A DNA stretch of 64,000 nucleotides, taken from assembly GCA_000092065.1 (NCBI GenBank), contig CP000583.1. One strand, 5' to 3'. The translations under genes were made by a program, and so were the position numbers. This stretch comes from Ostreococcus lucimarinus (lineage: Eukaryota). The notes below the pieces were generated by a model. It did not search any database. It worked only from the letters and a program-made list of their open reading frames with translations, and was not told where the DNA came from. Shown here one piece after another: positions 28,943 to 39,441 of this stretch (position 1 is its first letter; each line of letters begins with the position of its first letter).

Positions 28943-29773
28943 CTACTCGTCGTGCGTAAAATCAACAAAGAAGTACGAGAAAACGAATCGCGCGCGCGCG
29001 CGATCGAGACGACCTACCTCACGCCCCACCGCGAAACTCAACTCTTCCTCGTTCGCGAACGGCCACACGTCGAAACCCCAGCCGTCTCCCAAACCGTCTC
29101 CCGGCTGCTCAAACCTAATCTTCAGCTTCTTCTCCTCGTCCACGAACGTCCCAGGAATCTTACGCTCGATAGAACTCATCACTTGAAGTTCGCTTCCTCG
29201 CCTGCCTTTCCTATCCCCGCATATAATCAACTTCTCCGGCGCGTCCTCGGGATCCGTCGTCGGCTTGCCAAAGAACAGCAGCGTCCCGTTGTCGGCTTCA
29301 ATCCTTCGCAAACCTTGACCCGCCTTCCCCGTGACGTACGCCGTGCAATCCCCGGGCACTTCCATCACGCTCACATCCTCCATCACCGTCGACGTATCGA
29401 CGATTATCTTCCCCACTCGCTGTCGCAGCACCCACTCCACGTATCGCTTCGCCTTCGCGCGCGCCTCGGCGCTCCCCGAAATGTCCAGTCTCTGCCCCTC
29501 CGCGGCGTCGCCCTCGATCGCGGTGATCTCCAGCCGCGCGCCGGAGACGCGCATGAGCTTACGCTTCGTCGCGCCCTTGGCGCCGATCAAGAAACGGGCG
29601 TCATCGGTGGTTATCGTCGTCGAATCGACCTCGTCGGCGGGTCGCGGCGGCGCCGTCGACGACGGGTCGCGCGGCGCGTTCGCGTCGACGGGGGCGTCCC
29701 GGACGTCGACGTCGGGTTCGGGGGAGCGCTGGCGACCACCCTCATCGTCGTACGTCGGGACGTCCGCGTCCAT
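28943..29773 (-). CDS. KH-domain RNA-binding protein
   Basis: 'FLIGAKGATKRKLMRVSGARLEI' and 'VTGKAGQGLRRIEADNGTLLFFG' KH cores. First ATG at 29771-29773 (MDADVPTYDD); the track ORF extends further 5' with a non-ATG start. Confidence 0.5.
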   Translation of the reverse strand: MDADVPTYDDEGGRQRSPEPDVDVRDAPVDANAPRDPSSTAPPRPADEVDSTTITTDDARFLIGAKGATKRKLMRVSGARLEITAIEGDAAEGQRLDISGSAEARAKAKRYVEWVLRQRVGKIIVDTSTVMEDVSVMEVPGDCTAYVTGKAGQGLRRIEADNGTLLFFGKPTTDPEDAPEKLIICGDRKGRRGSELQVMSSIERKIPGTFVDEEKKLKIRFEQPGDGLGDGWGFDVWPFANEEELSFAVGREVGRLDRARARFVFSYFFVDFTHDE

Positions 29774-29954
29774 GACCGCGACGAGGCGCGGAGAGCGCGA
29801 CAATGGCGATCGATCGAGATCCACGGGGACGCCGCGAAGGCGGTCGCGGCGCGGCGCGGCGCGATTCGTGGGAATCGTGGTAATGTACAGCGCGCTCGCG
29901 AAGCTATGGGCTAATGAACTAGAAAAAAAAGAAAACGAAACGGCGACGCGGCGC

Positions 29955-30929
29955 TCAGCCGGTGAAGTAAAAGTCCATCTCCTCGGTGGTCTTGTTGAGC
30001 TCGTGAACGTTGACCTCGTCCCAGGGGACGAAGACGAGCGTGGAGAGACCTCGGTTGGCGACGCGAACCTCCGCGGTGCCGTCGAACTTTTGGGCGCAGA
30101 TGCCGAGACCTCGACGGTAGAGCGCCTCTTCGTCGTCGACGGCGCGCCATTCTTCGTCTGTGGGCGTGGGGGGGTCGTTATCGCCGTCAACCATGGCTAT
30201 CTTGACGACGTCCAGTCGGTTCGACGCGCCGGGCTTGTTCTGCCGAAGGCGAACCCAAAAATAAGTCGCGCTCCACTCGCCGTTCGATTTCGGTCGAATC
30301 GCCTCGCAGCGCACTCGATCTTCACCGTCGATCGTGTATCCTCCGTGGCAGACCTCGTTCGAGCGCGCGCACGCCGCTCGATCCTTGAGAAGCTTGGCTT
30401 CATCGCGCAGCCGCCGCGGCGACGTCTTGCACACGAACTCGCCCGTGCGGTAGAATCTAAAGTACCTATAATACGCCACCAAGTGGCAGCACTTCGCGTT
30501 CTCCATAGTCTTCGCCCCGGGCTTGATGTAGGTGTTCCTGCTGACGTACAGCCCGTCCGTGCGCAAGCGCAAGCGTTGCTGGAACATGGCGCGATAGCTC
30601 CCGTGTCTGCTTTTGCGCGCCGCCGTCTCCGCGGCGCTCTCTCGGTGCGCGAACGCGTCCACGCAGAAACCGCGCCAGACATCGATGTCGTGCGCGTACA
30701 CAAAGTCTCGAAACGCCGCGCACGTCGTGGCGAGTCGAGCGAACGCGCGCGGGCCGAGGCGCGAGGCGATTTCACAGAGCGAGTTTTCATCCAGCGCGCG
30801 CAGGATGGCGGGGACGTCCGCAGCGCACGGCGGTGGTCTCGCGCGACGGTCGTAGAAGGCGAGCCATGGACGGTTGAACATACTTCCGTCGTCGGCGGCG
30901 CGTGAGCGCGCCATGACGTCGGACGCCAT
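29955..30929 (-). CDS. F-box protein of the FBXO9/Hrt3 family
   Basis: F-box 'VPAILRALDENSLCEIASRL'. C-terminal 'LRTDGLYVSRNTYIKPGAKTMENAKCCHLVAYYRYFRFYRTGEF' is the Hrt3/FBXO9 domain. ATG at 30927-30929. Confidence 0.65.
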   Translation of the reverse strand: MASDVMARSRAADDGSMFNRPWLAFYDRRARPPPCAADVPAILRALDENSLCEIASRLGPRAFARLATTCAAFRDFVYAHDIDVWRGFCVDAFAHRESAAETAARKSRHGSYRAMFQQRLRLRTDGLYVSRNTYIKPGAKTMENAKCCHLVAYYRYFRFYRTGEFVCKTSPRRLRDEAKLLKDRAACARSNEVCHGGYTIDGEDRVRCEAIRPKSNGEWSATYFWVRLRQNKPGASNRLDVVKIAMVDGDNDPPTPTDEEWRAVDDEEALYRRGLGICAQKFDGTAEVRVANRGLSTLVFVPWDEVNVHELNKTTEEMDFYFTG

Positions 30930-31064
30930 GGACGCGGGCGCGCGAGGGCGCTCGAAGGGCACTTCGAGATGTGCGGACGACGTCGCCGGCGCGGTCGGGA
31001 ATCGGACGCGCGCTCTGCGTGACTAACTAACTGTTCCACTACAAATCAAAAACACTCCTCCTAG

Positions 31065-33059
31065 TTATCCCTGCTTCATCGGGTCGAACGAATCGAACGC
31101 TTCGACGAAGGCGGTCGTGCGCTCGGTTTCCTTCGCTTCGTCCTCCATGCAACTTTGCCAGTTCGCGCGCTCGGGAGCCTTGATGAGGTGAGAGATGACT
31201 TCGCGACCGAGCTGCATCCAGTGTTTCTCACCTCTCTCGATGGAGCGGATCAGGATGCAACCGTCTGGAAGATGCACGGCGTAGTATTCGCCGTCGCCAG
31301 CGACGGATTTGATGGCGGCTTGCGCGTCGGCGGCGTTCGCCGGAGGTTCGAGCTTCGTCCACGAAAAGTCTAAACGTTTCGCCGCTTGCTTGAATATCTT
31401 CTCCGAGAGCACAGCGCGATCGGCTTCGACGGGCACACAGTTCATGTGGCAGTGATTTCCACCTTTGCTTAGCAACTCGAGATAACGCTCGAAAATCACG
31501 AGCTTGTGACTCTTTGACTCGGCGTAACGACGCAACGCGCCAATGTAATTCCACATTTCAGTCGCCGTGCTCTCGGGTACGTTTGCAAAACACGGCAAGT
31601 GCTCGACGGGAACTATTTGACAGTGCTCATGCGTGAGACCACCCTTGTCCATGCTCACGAAACACTCGGAGCCTATGCTCGCTACCAAGTGCAAATCCTT
31701 CTCGTTTGACAAGCAGAACCAGCATCCGCCCGGGGCGACGCCCGGGGTCGGCCGACGCGGCTGTCGTTCCGATGGTGCATTTGCCATCTCCACCGTGATA
31801 TCTCTGCCGAAGAATGACGCTTGATTGCGCTCGAGTGCGGCTTGCGCTCCCTCCACAGTGGTGAATGAAATCCAACCGTAACCGCGACTTCGGTTGTTGT
31901 CTCGGTTGCGCGCCAATCTGAGGTCCACCAATTCGCCGCACTCACCAAAATACTCCGCGATGGCGCCTTCTTCGGCGTCCCACGACAAGTTTCGGACGTA
32001 GATAGTCTTGTCTAAATCGCCCTTGATGTCTCGTGCGTCGCGGTTTCCGCCGCGAGCATCCGTTTTCGGTTTCTTTGCTCCGTCGCGCCAGTCCGGCTGT
32101 AAATCCGCCGCTCGACGCTTCTGTCCTGGAGCGCCTAAATACGGGTTCGGGCCAGTATCTGGTGGAATCTTGCACAACAGCGCGCGATCCATCGCTGACC
32201 CGGGTTCAATCTTCAACGCATGCATCCATTTCTCGCCGTCGGCGTTGCTGCAGTACGCAATGTTAATGAATCGCGTCACCCACGACTGAGCCGATGCTGG
32301 ATCACTCGAGCCCGTTTTTACGTTAATGTATGGCTCACGCTCGAAGAAGAACGGATGCGAGCCCGCGAAGTGATACCTCGGCGCGAGCGTCAGCGCCAAC
32401 GCCCGAGACACTGGACTGCCAGTCGAACTCGCGCTCTTTGCCTCGCTCCCAACCTCGCGTCCGTGCACGTCAAGCGTACCCGCGGGCCAATCGCGCGTGA
32501 GCAACACATCCACGACATCATTCTTTGGCAATTCATCAAAACTCGCCTTCATGGACGTCACGTCATCCTCCGTCGTCTCGCCGTTTCGCTTCGCCGTCGA
32601 TTTCCCAATAGCGCTCGCGTCCTCGTACGAAAGCACATCGAACCTTCCCGGCACCGACGCCACTTTCAACCCACGACAAAGTTCGTACACTCGCGATTCG
32701 CTCATAAAATACACATTCGGCGCGATCTCGAGCAATCCTTTCTCCTTCGATCCATCCTTTGTCTCGCTCGCGCGTTTCGCCGCCGCCGAGCGCGCGAATT
32801 CCAAACCCTTCTCTCCATCGGGATCGACAAAGTACACCGGCACCTCGCACGACTTCGTGCCGTCCTGGTACCCTCGCATCGTCTCCTCCGCTGCGTCGCC
32901 GTCGTAGATCCTTCCCGCGACGAGGACGGCGTCGAAAGGTCCGGCTTTGGGATTGGCGTGCACGGTGTGCACGCGCGCGACGAGGTCGTCGAACGTCGCG
33001 CGCGCGTCCCCGGCGACGATGACGCGTTTGGCGGCATCGGCAGACGCCGCGGCGGACAT
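31065..33059 (-). CDS. CWF19-like cell-cycle control/splicing-associated protein with an embedded RRM (metallophosphatase-like N-terminus, RRM, CwfJ_C1/C2 C-terminus)
   Basis: RRM 'KTIYVRNLSWDAEEGAIAEYFGECGELVDLRLARNRDNNRSRGYGWISF'. CwfJ C-terminal 'GGCWFCLSNEKDLHLVASIGSECFV...HCQIVPVEH...HCHMNCVPV'. ATG at 33057-33059. Confidence 0.7.
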   Translation of the reverse strand: MSAAASADAAKRVIVAGDARATFDDLVARVHTVHANPKAGPFDAVLVAGRIYDGDAAEETMRGYQDGTKSCEVPVYFVDPDGEKGLEFARSAAAKRASETKDGSKEKGLLEIAPNVYFMSESRVYELCRGLKVASVPGRFDVLSYEDASAIGKSTAKRNGETTEDDVTSMKASFDELPKNDVVDVLLTRDWPAGTLDVHGREVGSEAKSASSTGSPVSRALALTLAPRYHFAGSHPFFFEREPYINVKTGSSDPASAQSWVTRFINIAYCSNADGEKWMHALKIEPGSAMDRALLCKIPPDTGPNPYLGAPGQKRRAADLQPDWRDGAKKPKTDARGGNRDARDIKGDLDKTIYVRNLSWDAEEGAIAEYFGECGELVDLRLARNRDNNRSRGYGWISFTTVEGAQAALERNQASFFGRDITVEMANAPSERQPRRPTPGVAPGGCWFCLSNEKDLHLVASIGSECFVSMDKGGLTHEHCQIVPVEHLPCFANVPESTATEMWNYIGALRRYAESKSHKLVIFERYLELLSKGGNHCHMNCVPVEADRAVLSEKIFKQAAKRLDFSWTKLEPPANAADAQAAIKSVAGDGEYYAVHLPDGCILIRSIERGEKHWMQLGREVISHLIKAPERANWQSCMEDEAKETERTTAFVEAFDSFDPMKQG

Positions 33060-33223
33060 GGAGGCGCGGTCGATCGCGCGCGATCGCAGAGGTGCGGTCG
33101 CGCGCGGGATTCTGGCGAATGGTTCGTCCCTGGCGGCGCTTTTTGGCTGTTTTTGGCAGGAGGAGACGCCGCGGAGATTGGAGGGAGAAGATATGTTACA
33201 CGCCCGAGTGGAGCTGGGAAATA

Positions 33224-34024
33224 TTACGCGAGTCTCGGCGCGAGCCATCCGAGGGCGGCATCGATCCACTCGCCCTCGTGATGAATGTCGACGCTCTCGA
33301 AACCTTCGATGACGTCGTGCGCGACGCCGGCGGCTTCGAGTTGGCGAGCAAAGTCGCCGAGCTCGTTCGCAGTTTTGCTCCCGGGGATGAGAGCGATTCT
33401 AGACAATTCAGTGGCGTTGAGATGGTCGCGAACCCACGCGTCGCGTGCGATGGTGGTGACGTCGTACGGGGTCCAGTCGTCGTCTTGCGGGAACGCCTCG
33501 TTCCACGACCCCCAGTTCGCCTCGCGCTCGAGATCTTCGCGTCCCCACGCTCGCTCTATCATCTTAAACCCACCTAAGATCGGTACATCAGCGGCGATAA
33601 CGGCGTGAAATGCCGTTGGACGTCGCATGAGCAAACTCAGCGCCCCGTACGCGCCTGAACCAAAGCCAAGAAGCGACATCTTGCCCACGTTGTGCGCCGC
33701 CAAGAAGTGCGGCAACACCACCTTGAGCAAATAGCTCTCGTGGTTCATCGACGCCGAATCGTTCAGCCACGTCGGCGTGTTAAACGCCAACTCAACCAAA
33801 ATTACATCCTTCGCGTCGTTCCACTTCTTCTTTGCCACGCTCGACGTCAAAGATACCTTCCCCTCCCTCGGCCCGAATCCCGCCTCTCCCGGCACGCAAA
33901 TCAACGCGTCGTACGGCTCTTTCCTGTTCCCATCGTACCCTTTCGGCAACTTCACTCGATACCGCGTGGGTGTCGCCACCTTTGTCTTGACGTCGTAATC
34001 GTAATTCGCGTTCGGAAAGTGCAC
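33224..34024 (-). CDS. Esterase of the esterase-D / 'putative esterase' (alpha/beta hydrolase) family
   Basis: 'MSLLGFGSGAYGALSLLMRRP' nucleophile-elbow region and overall esterase-D-like order. Track start is GTG; the real ATG exon may be the Ser/Ala-rich ORF at 34163..34357 (minus). Confidence 0.6.
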   Translation of the reverse strand: MHFPNANYDYDVKTKVATPTRYRVKLPKGYDGNRKEPYDALICVPGEAGFGPREGKVSLTSSVAKKKWNDAKDVILVELAFNTPTWLNDSASMNHESYLLKVVLPHFLAAHNVGKMSLLGFGSGAYGALSLLMRRPTAFHAVIAADVPILGGFKMIERAWGREDLEREANWGSWNEAFPQDDDWTPYDVTTIARDAWVRDHLNATELSRIALIPGSKTANELGDFARQLEAAGVAHDVIEGFESVDIHHEGEWIDAALGWLAPRLA

Positions 34025-34468
34025 CCTGTGCGGTTGTAACGCATCAAAACTGCGCGCCGGCGCCGCGTCGGCGTCCCGGTCAGTCTCGCATTCAGCCGCT
34101 CATCCCCTCTCGCGTCGTTTCCGCGTCGTTTCCGCGTCGTCGTGGTTCCGCGCGCGGTCGACTCACCTCGAGTATTCGTGTTCAGCGCCGTACTCGTGCG
34201 CTTCGCGCAGCGTCGCGTTCCCCGGGACGTACGTCGTCGTCGCGTCCGCCGCGCCGTCCGCCGCCGCCGCGCGTGACGACGACGACGCGCGTCGTTTCGT
34301 CGCGCGGGCGTCGACGATGAGGCGCGAAAGAGCGCACTGCGGTCGTACGCTCGTCATCGCGCGCGCGGTCGACGCTCGGTCGCGCGCGGGCGAATGACGG
34401 TGGCGAATTCGGCGAAAAGAGGTTTTCGCACTCCAAAGGCTACGGCTGCGCGGGCTCGCGTCGGCTAG

Positions 34469-35755
34469 TTACTTTGACGAGGAGAATAGGCGTCGGCGCT
34501 TCTTAGCGCCGGTGTACGCACCGTGCTTGGCGATGGCGGTGTCGTCTTTGCTAGCGATGACGATCGTGGCGTTGGCGCCATCGTCGGTGGCGTTGACGGC
34601 GGCGACGACGAAGACGCCGTCGGGCGACGCGACGACGCGGTCGACGCCGGCGAGGGCGGAGGATCGAGCCTTTTCCAACACGACTGGTACGTTCGGGTCG
34701 GTGATGTCGACGACGACGATGGCACCGATACTTTTGGCGGCGACGTACGCGGTGGTGCCGTGGACGCTAACGTCGCGCGCGCCCGATAAATCTCGGTTCG
34801 CCGCCGGCGCTAACTCAAAGCCATCCGACGGTTCGTTCGGCGCGAGTCGCCCCGCGTGCACCCCGTTCAAATACTCGGGCGCGCCGTACGTCGAGCTGTT
34901 AAATATCGAAAACGTCCCCCCATTCAACGTCGGCGTCACCACGTACGTGTACGCGCGTTCGCCGCCCCCCACCCCCACGCACGCGCCGCTCGCGCTCTCC
35001 AACCGACTATCCTTGACGCTCCCGACGAGTTGCATCGTCCCCGCCGAGGTGTACTTTAACGTCGTCACTCTCCGCGTCATCCCGCTCATCGTCCGCAGCG
35101 TTTGCCTATCATACGGTCCTAACTGTATTTTATCGATTCCCGAGAGCTGATACGTCGATCCCGTGATCGTCGGCGCGTCGTTTTCGTTCGGATCCAACTT
35201 CACGAAGACCACCCGCGCGTGCGCTCGGCTCGCCACGAACGCCAGCGTCCCGTTCACCACCACCACATCCGTCGGCTCCGCGATTCTCGTCGCGTTCTTC
35301 ACCGCGTGTATCTGTCTCGCTTTCGTCGCTCGCGTTCCATCGCCATCGACGCCGTATATCAACAACGAATTCGTTCCCGCGCACGTCACCGCCAGGCGCG
35401 CTCGATTTCCCGCCGCGACGCCGTCCCGCGCGCTCTCGTACGCGAACAGCCCTTCGCACGGCGTCGCGTCCTCGTCGAGCGTCGCGATCGTCGTCAGCGT
35501 CACCGGCGACGTCGTGAGCGTCAGCGCGCTGATCGTTCGCGCGCCGAGGACGTACGCGATCGTCGACAGCGCCGACGGCGCGGACGACGCGTGCGCCGCG
35601 GGGGTGATGAATTCGACGGTTCGCGCGTCGACGTCGGCGAACGGAGACGCGATCTGCGTCAAATTCGCCGCGCGCGCGACGGCGCAGAGCGATGCGATGA
35701 CGACGCCGCGCGCGACGCGGGCGAGGCGCGGACGCGCCGACGCGCGAGGCGCCAT
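34469..35755 (-). CDS. Secreted beta-propeller protein with LVIVD-type repeats
   Basis: Signal peptide 'MAPRASARPRLARVARGVVIASLCAVARAANLT'. Repeated blades containing 'GAIVVVDITDPNVPVVL', 'VFVKLDPNENDAPT' and 'DVVVVNGTLAFVAS' (LVIVD-like). ATG at 35753-35755. Confidence 0.5.
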   Translation of the reverse strand: MAPRASARPRLARVARGVVIASLCAVARAANLTQIASPFADVDARTVEFITPAAHASSAPSALSTIAYVLGARTISALTLTTSPVTLTTIATLDEDATPCEGLFAYESARDGVAAGNRARLAVTCAGTNSLLIYGVDGDGTRATKARQIHAVKNATRIAEPTDVVVVNGTLAFVASRAHARVVFVKLDPNENDAPTITGSTYQLSGIDKIQLGPYDRQTLRTMSGMTRRVTTLKYTSAGTMQLVGSVKDSRLESASGACVGVGGGERAYTYVVTPTLNGGTFSIFNSSTYGAPEYLNGVHAGRLAPNEPSDGFELAPAANRDLSGARDVSVHGTTAYVAAKSIGAIVVVDITDPNVPVVLEKARSSALAGVDRVVASPDGVFVVAAVNATDDGANATIVIASKDDTAIAKHGAYTGAKKRRRLFSSSK

Positions 35756-35904
35756 GTGACGCGCGACGACGACGGCGAGGCGAGACGCGACGCGCGAATC
35801 AAACGAAACGCGACGCGACGAACGATCGTCGCGCGAACGTCTCCGACGCGATCGAAAAGATGGGATGAAATAAGATGGGATGAATGAATGACGGGGGTCG
35901 AAGG

Positions 35905-37052
35905 TCACGGTCGACGCATCTTGCGAACGAGGTCGGGCTCGAGGTAGTCGACGCGCGGAATCGAACGCGCGACGCGCCGGCGAATCGGCGAAGACGGCGG
36001 TTCGATTCTGGGGACGTCGGCGATGACGTCGAGCGGAGATCTCGCGGGTGGACTGGCGTGCGTTTTGATGGTGGACGCTGGCGCCGGTGATGCGTCGCGA
36101 GGCGGTGGGGGAGAATTTTCCGGCGACGGCGGCGGCGCGAGCGGGCGCGGCGGCGAAAGCGCGAGCGGGCCGACGACTTTGCGTTCTTCGATCTCGTCGA
36201 ACCCGCTCGGACGTCGAAGCTTCGTCTTCAAGCTCGGCTCGGCGTAATTCAATACTTTCATGGCGTGTCTCGCGCGCAGGGCGCGTCGAGCCGTCTCTCC
36301 CACGGGTGTCGTCTGCTTGGGCTCTTTCGTTTTCGCCGTGGACTTGCCGATCGGTTTCTTCGCCTTGGCGCGCTTCTTCGGCGTCTGCTTCTTTATGACT
36401 CTACGCTCGATCGCCGCATCGCAGAGCGCGAGAGACAACTCACGCAACGTTTCCGCCGCTTCCGTCAACGACAAGCTTTCACTCTCACCACGCGCGTCGG
36501 AATCGGACGACGATGCGTCTTCGTCGCTCTCTTCGTCCGCGTAAACGTCGATCGATTTAGAAGCCTCGCGCCTCCCTCCACTCATTTTCGCCTTCTCCTT
36601 CGCGTGCGCGAGCTCGATTCTCAACCGACACACATCATCCCGCGCCGCGCGAAGCTCTTCGATCCACCGTCGCTTCTCCTCTTCCACAGTCGTTCGGACC
36701 ATTCGCAACGCAGTCGTCAACGTACGCTGGCTCGCCTCGGACGCTTCGGCGCGTTCCCGCGCCTCCGTCGTCTGCGCTCTCAGCTGCGCGAAACCGACCC
36801 GAACGCTTCCCGTCAATCACGAGCACGCACGTCTATCCCTGCATTCCGTTTTCTTCCCCCCTTTCGCCGTCTCGAGCGCGAGAGCCCTCTCGCGTCGCGC
36901 GCGCCGATTCCAAAAATGATTCCAAAAATCCAGGCACTCTCGGGCTGTCTCGGACGCACCTTGGCGTTCGCGCGCGCGAGCTCGCCGTTCGCGCGCGCGA
37001 ACTTGGCGCACAGCGACGACGCGCTGCGAGGATTTCCCGCGTCCCGTCCCAT
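35905..37052 (-). CDS. SGO: Shugoshin (SGO). Exon 1 at 36960..37052, 176-nt intron, exon 2 at 35905..36783
   Basis: C-terminal SGO basic motif 'RRALRARHAMKVLNYAEPSLKTKLRRP'. Exon 1 'MGRDAGNPRSASSLCAKFARANGELARANAK' plus exon 2 'LRAQTTEARERAEA...' form the N-terminal coiled coil. Donor is AAG|GTGCGT and acceptor is CAG|, both phase 0. Confidence 0.6.
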
Positions 37053-37284
37053 CGTTTCGGCGTTCGATCGAGGCGCGCGGCGCGATCAACGCGAATCATT
37101 CATCGTCGTTCGCGCGCGCGCGAGTGACGAACGCGACGCCCGCATTCGCGATCTCGCGATCGATCGCGACACACCGCGGCGTCGGTGACGCGAGCGACGC
37201 GCGCGAACGCGAACGAATCGCGCGCGATCGATTCGGCTCGCGCGCGACGCGCGCGGCGGTCGACGACGGCGAGGCCGCGACGCG

Positions 37285-37847
37285 ATGGCGATGACGACGA
37301 TGGCGTCGACGACGACGATGCCGACCGTCGCGCGACGCGGTCGCGGACGGGACGCGCGCGCGAGAGGCGCCGCGATGGGATGCGCGCACCGTCGACGCGT
37401 CGTGACGCTCGCGGGAGGGAAACGCGGCGACGACGGGGAGGAGAAGGCGCAAGATGTGGACGAGCGGAGAGGGATGGATTGGGACGGGGCGTGGCGCGCG
37501 TTCAAGCGCGATTTCGTCGGCGACGACGCGAAGATGCCCGGAGATTTGGTGGAGAAGAAGTATCAAAATAATAGGTGCGCGCGCGCTCGCGAGGGAGGAC
37601 TCGGAAGGATCGAACGCGCGACGCGGGCGACTGACGAAGGACGCGTTTCGCCCGACGCAGACGCGCCCCGGACGCCGAGGCTAAACAGCAAATCTACGAC
37701 GACGAGGATCGCGTGTTAAACTTCGCGACGTCGCAAAAGGTGACGTTGGTGAGTTTAATCGCCGTCGCCGCGCTTTTATTCGTATTCATCGTCGTCATCG
37801 GACCGCCGCCGTCGGACGGGCGCTGCACGCTGCCGTGGTGCGGCTAG
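37285..37847 (+). CDS. Speculative small organelle-targeted protein with C-terminal TM helix. Exon 1 at 37285..37574, 86-nt intron, exon 2 at 37661..37847
   Basis: Sits in the only >1 kb unassigned gap (shugoshin-AP2 divergent region). Exon 2 encodes '...IYDDEDRVLNFATSQKVTLVSLIAVAALLFVFIVVIGPPPSDGRCTLPWCG*'. A GT(GCGCG)...CAG intron restores the frame. Low confidence: the GC-rich background produces ORFs in all frames here. Confidence 0.2.
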
Positions 37848-38403
37848 CGCGTCGCGTCTGCCGTCCTGGACGCGCGTCGACGCCGCGTCCCGCGCTCGCG
37901 CGCGTAGACGTTGTCATCGCAGCGCGCCCATCGCTCGCCGCGTCCTCGTCCGCGCCCTCGCGCCGTCGTCGCGTCTCGCGCGCGCGCCTCGCGCGCGCGT
38001 GAGATTTTTCTTCGCATACTTAACTTCAAAAACGCCCATCAATGGTGATCACCACCGGACCCATCGCGCCGTCCGCGTCAGCATCTTCGCGCGCGCGCGT
38101 CGGTTGCTCCGTCCCCCGCCGCAATCTTCCCCGCACACGCCGACGTCCGCGACGCGCGCGCGCCGATCGCGCGACGAACCGCTCGCGCTCGCGTTCGTTC
38201 ACGCGCCCGAATCTCGCGCGCGCGCAAAACCGCGCGCGCGCGGACGCGAGACGCGGAAATCTCGACGATTGCGCGCGCCGACCCTCGCGCGCTTTTGAGT
38301 GTTCGCGCGACGTCGACGGGACGCCGCGACGCGCGCGCGCGATCGATCGCGAAGGAAACGCGAGGGAAGAAGAACGCGAGCGCGTGAACGCGCGGTGCGC
38401 GGC

Positions 38404-39441
38404 ATGGGGGCGTACACGTACGATAGCGCCACGCACGGGCCGCCGATCGGGGTCCCGAGGACGATTGGCAAGGCGCGGACGACGGCGCGCGGGGACGACG
38501 CGGAGGGCGATTCCGGTTCCGGACGCTCGAGCGATGCCCCGCTGTCGGTGAATGTTTTTGGAGGTGGGACACAGTTCGCGAGGTCGAGTCCGAGCGAGTC
38601 CGAGGTCGGCACGCCGGGTCGAGGGATGGAAGCTCCTCGAAACGGGACGGCGACGGCGAGGCCGCGCGGGCGCGCGTCGTCGGGTTCAAAGTCGCCGACG
38701 GATCTCAGCGAGACTGATTCAGAGCAAAGTAACACGGGGAAGGGTGATGGTGCGAACAAATTGGTGCATAAAGATTTGGTGACAAACTTGAAGGCGCAAG
38801 CGCGCAGACACGATTCGAGAACGTCGCTCTACAGAGGGGTTTCTCTGTTGCGGCAAACCGGCAAGTACCACGCGCAAATCAACGTGCAGCGGAAACAGTT
38901 GCATCTTGGTTTCTTTTTCAGCGAAGAAGAGGCCGCGCGGGCGTACGATCGGGCGGCAATATTCAAGGCTTCGGTAGAAGGCGGCACCATCTGTACAAAT
39001 ATGGACATCAACGATTACAAGGATGAAATTCCCACCTTGCAGGCGATGACGCAGCCCGAACTGTTACAAATGTTGCACGAGATGAAGCTGAAGAGTAACG
39101 AGAGTTCGGCGCCAAATTCGCCGCGAAAAGGAATTAAACCGCGCACAAGCACCAATTCCAAGCAAATGGCTCGCGAAAATCGATTGGATCGTAGTAACAG
39201 CGGCAGCATTGAGCACGTGATCATCAAGGCGAACTCGCAAGAGCCGCCGACGAGTCCGCGTTTTGACGCGTTAAACAGCGCCGTAGGTGTCGTCGAACGG
39301 GAACAGCAAGGCACTTTGAGTGTTGTCAATGTGGCTGCTTCAGTCACCGTGCAGCACACGTGTCCGGGTGTGATTGATTTACACATCAGCAAGCGTCGAA
39401 GGACGCGAATACAACCCAGACAAGCGCCCGCGGCAGCGTAA
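38404..39441 (+). CDS. AP2/ERF-domain transcription factor
   Basis: 'YRGVSLLRQTGKYHAQINVQRKQLHLGFFFSEEEAARAYDRAAIFKASVEGGTICTNMDINDY' AP2 domain. ATG at 38404 (track start 38299 is non-ATG). Confidence 0.75.
   Translation: MGAYTYDSATHGPPIGVPRTIGKARTTARGDDAEGDSGSGRSSDAPLSVNVFGGGTQFARSSPSESEVGTPGRGMEAPRNGTATARPRGRASSGSKSPTDLSETDSEQSNTGKGDGANKLVHKDLVTNLKAQARRHDSRTSLYRGVSLLRQTGKYHAQINVQRKQLHLGFFFSEEEAARAYDRAAIFKASVEGGTICTNMDINDYKDEIPTLQAMTQPELLQMLHEMKLKSNESSAPNSPRKGIKPRTSTNSKQMARENRLDRSNSGSIEHVIIKANSQEPPTSPRFDALNSAVGVVEREQQGTLSVVNVAASVTVQHTCPGVIDLHISKRRRTRIQPRQAPAAA

Noticed and set aside
28631-29914. 427-aa + strand ORF
   Set aside because: It is the antisense of the KH-domain gene (28943..29773, minus). 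It is Arg-rich with no domain, typical of GC-rich antisense frames.
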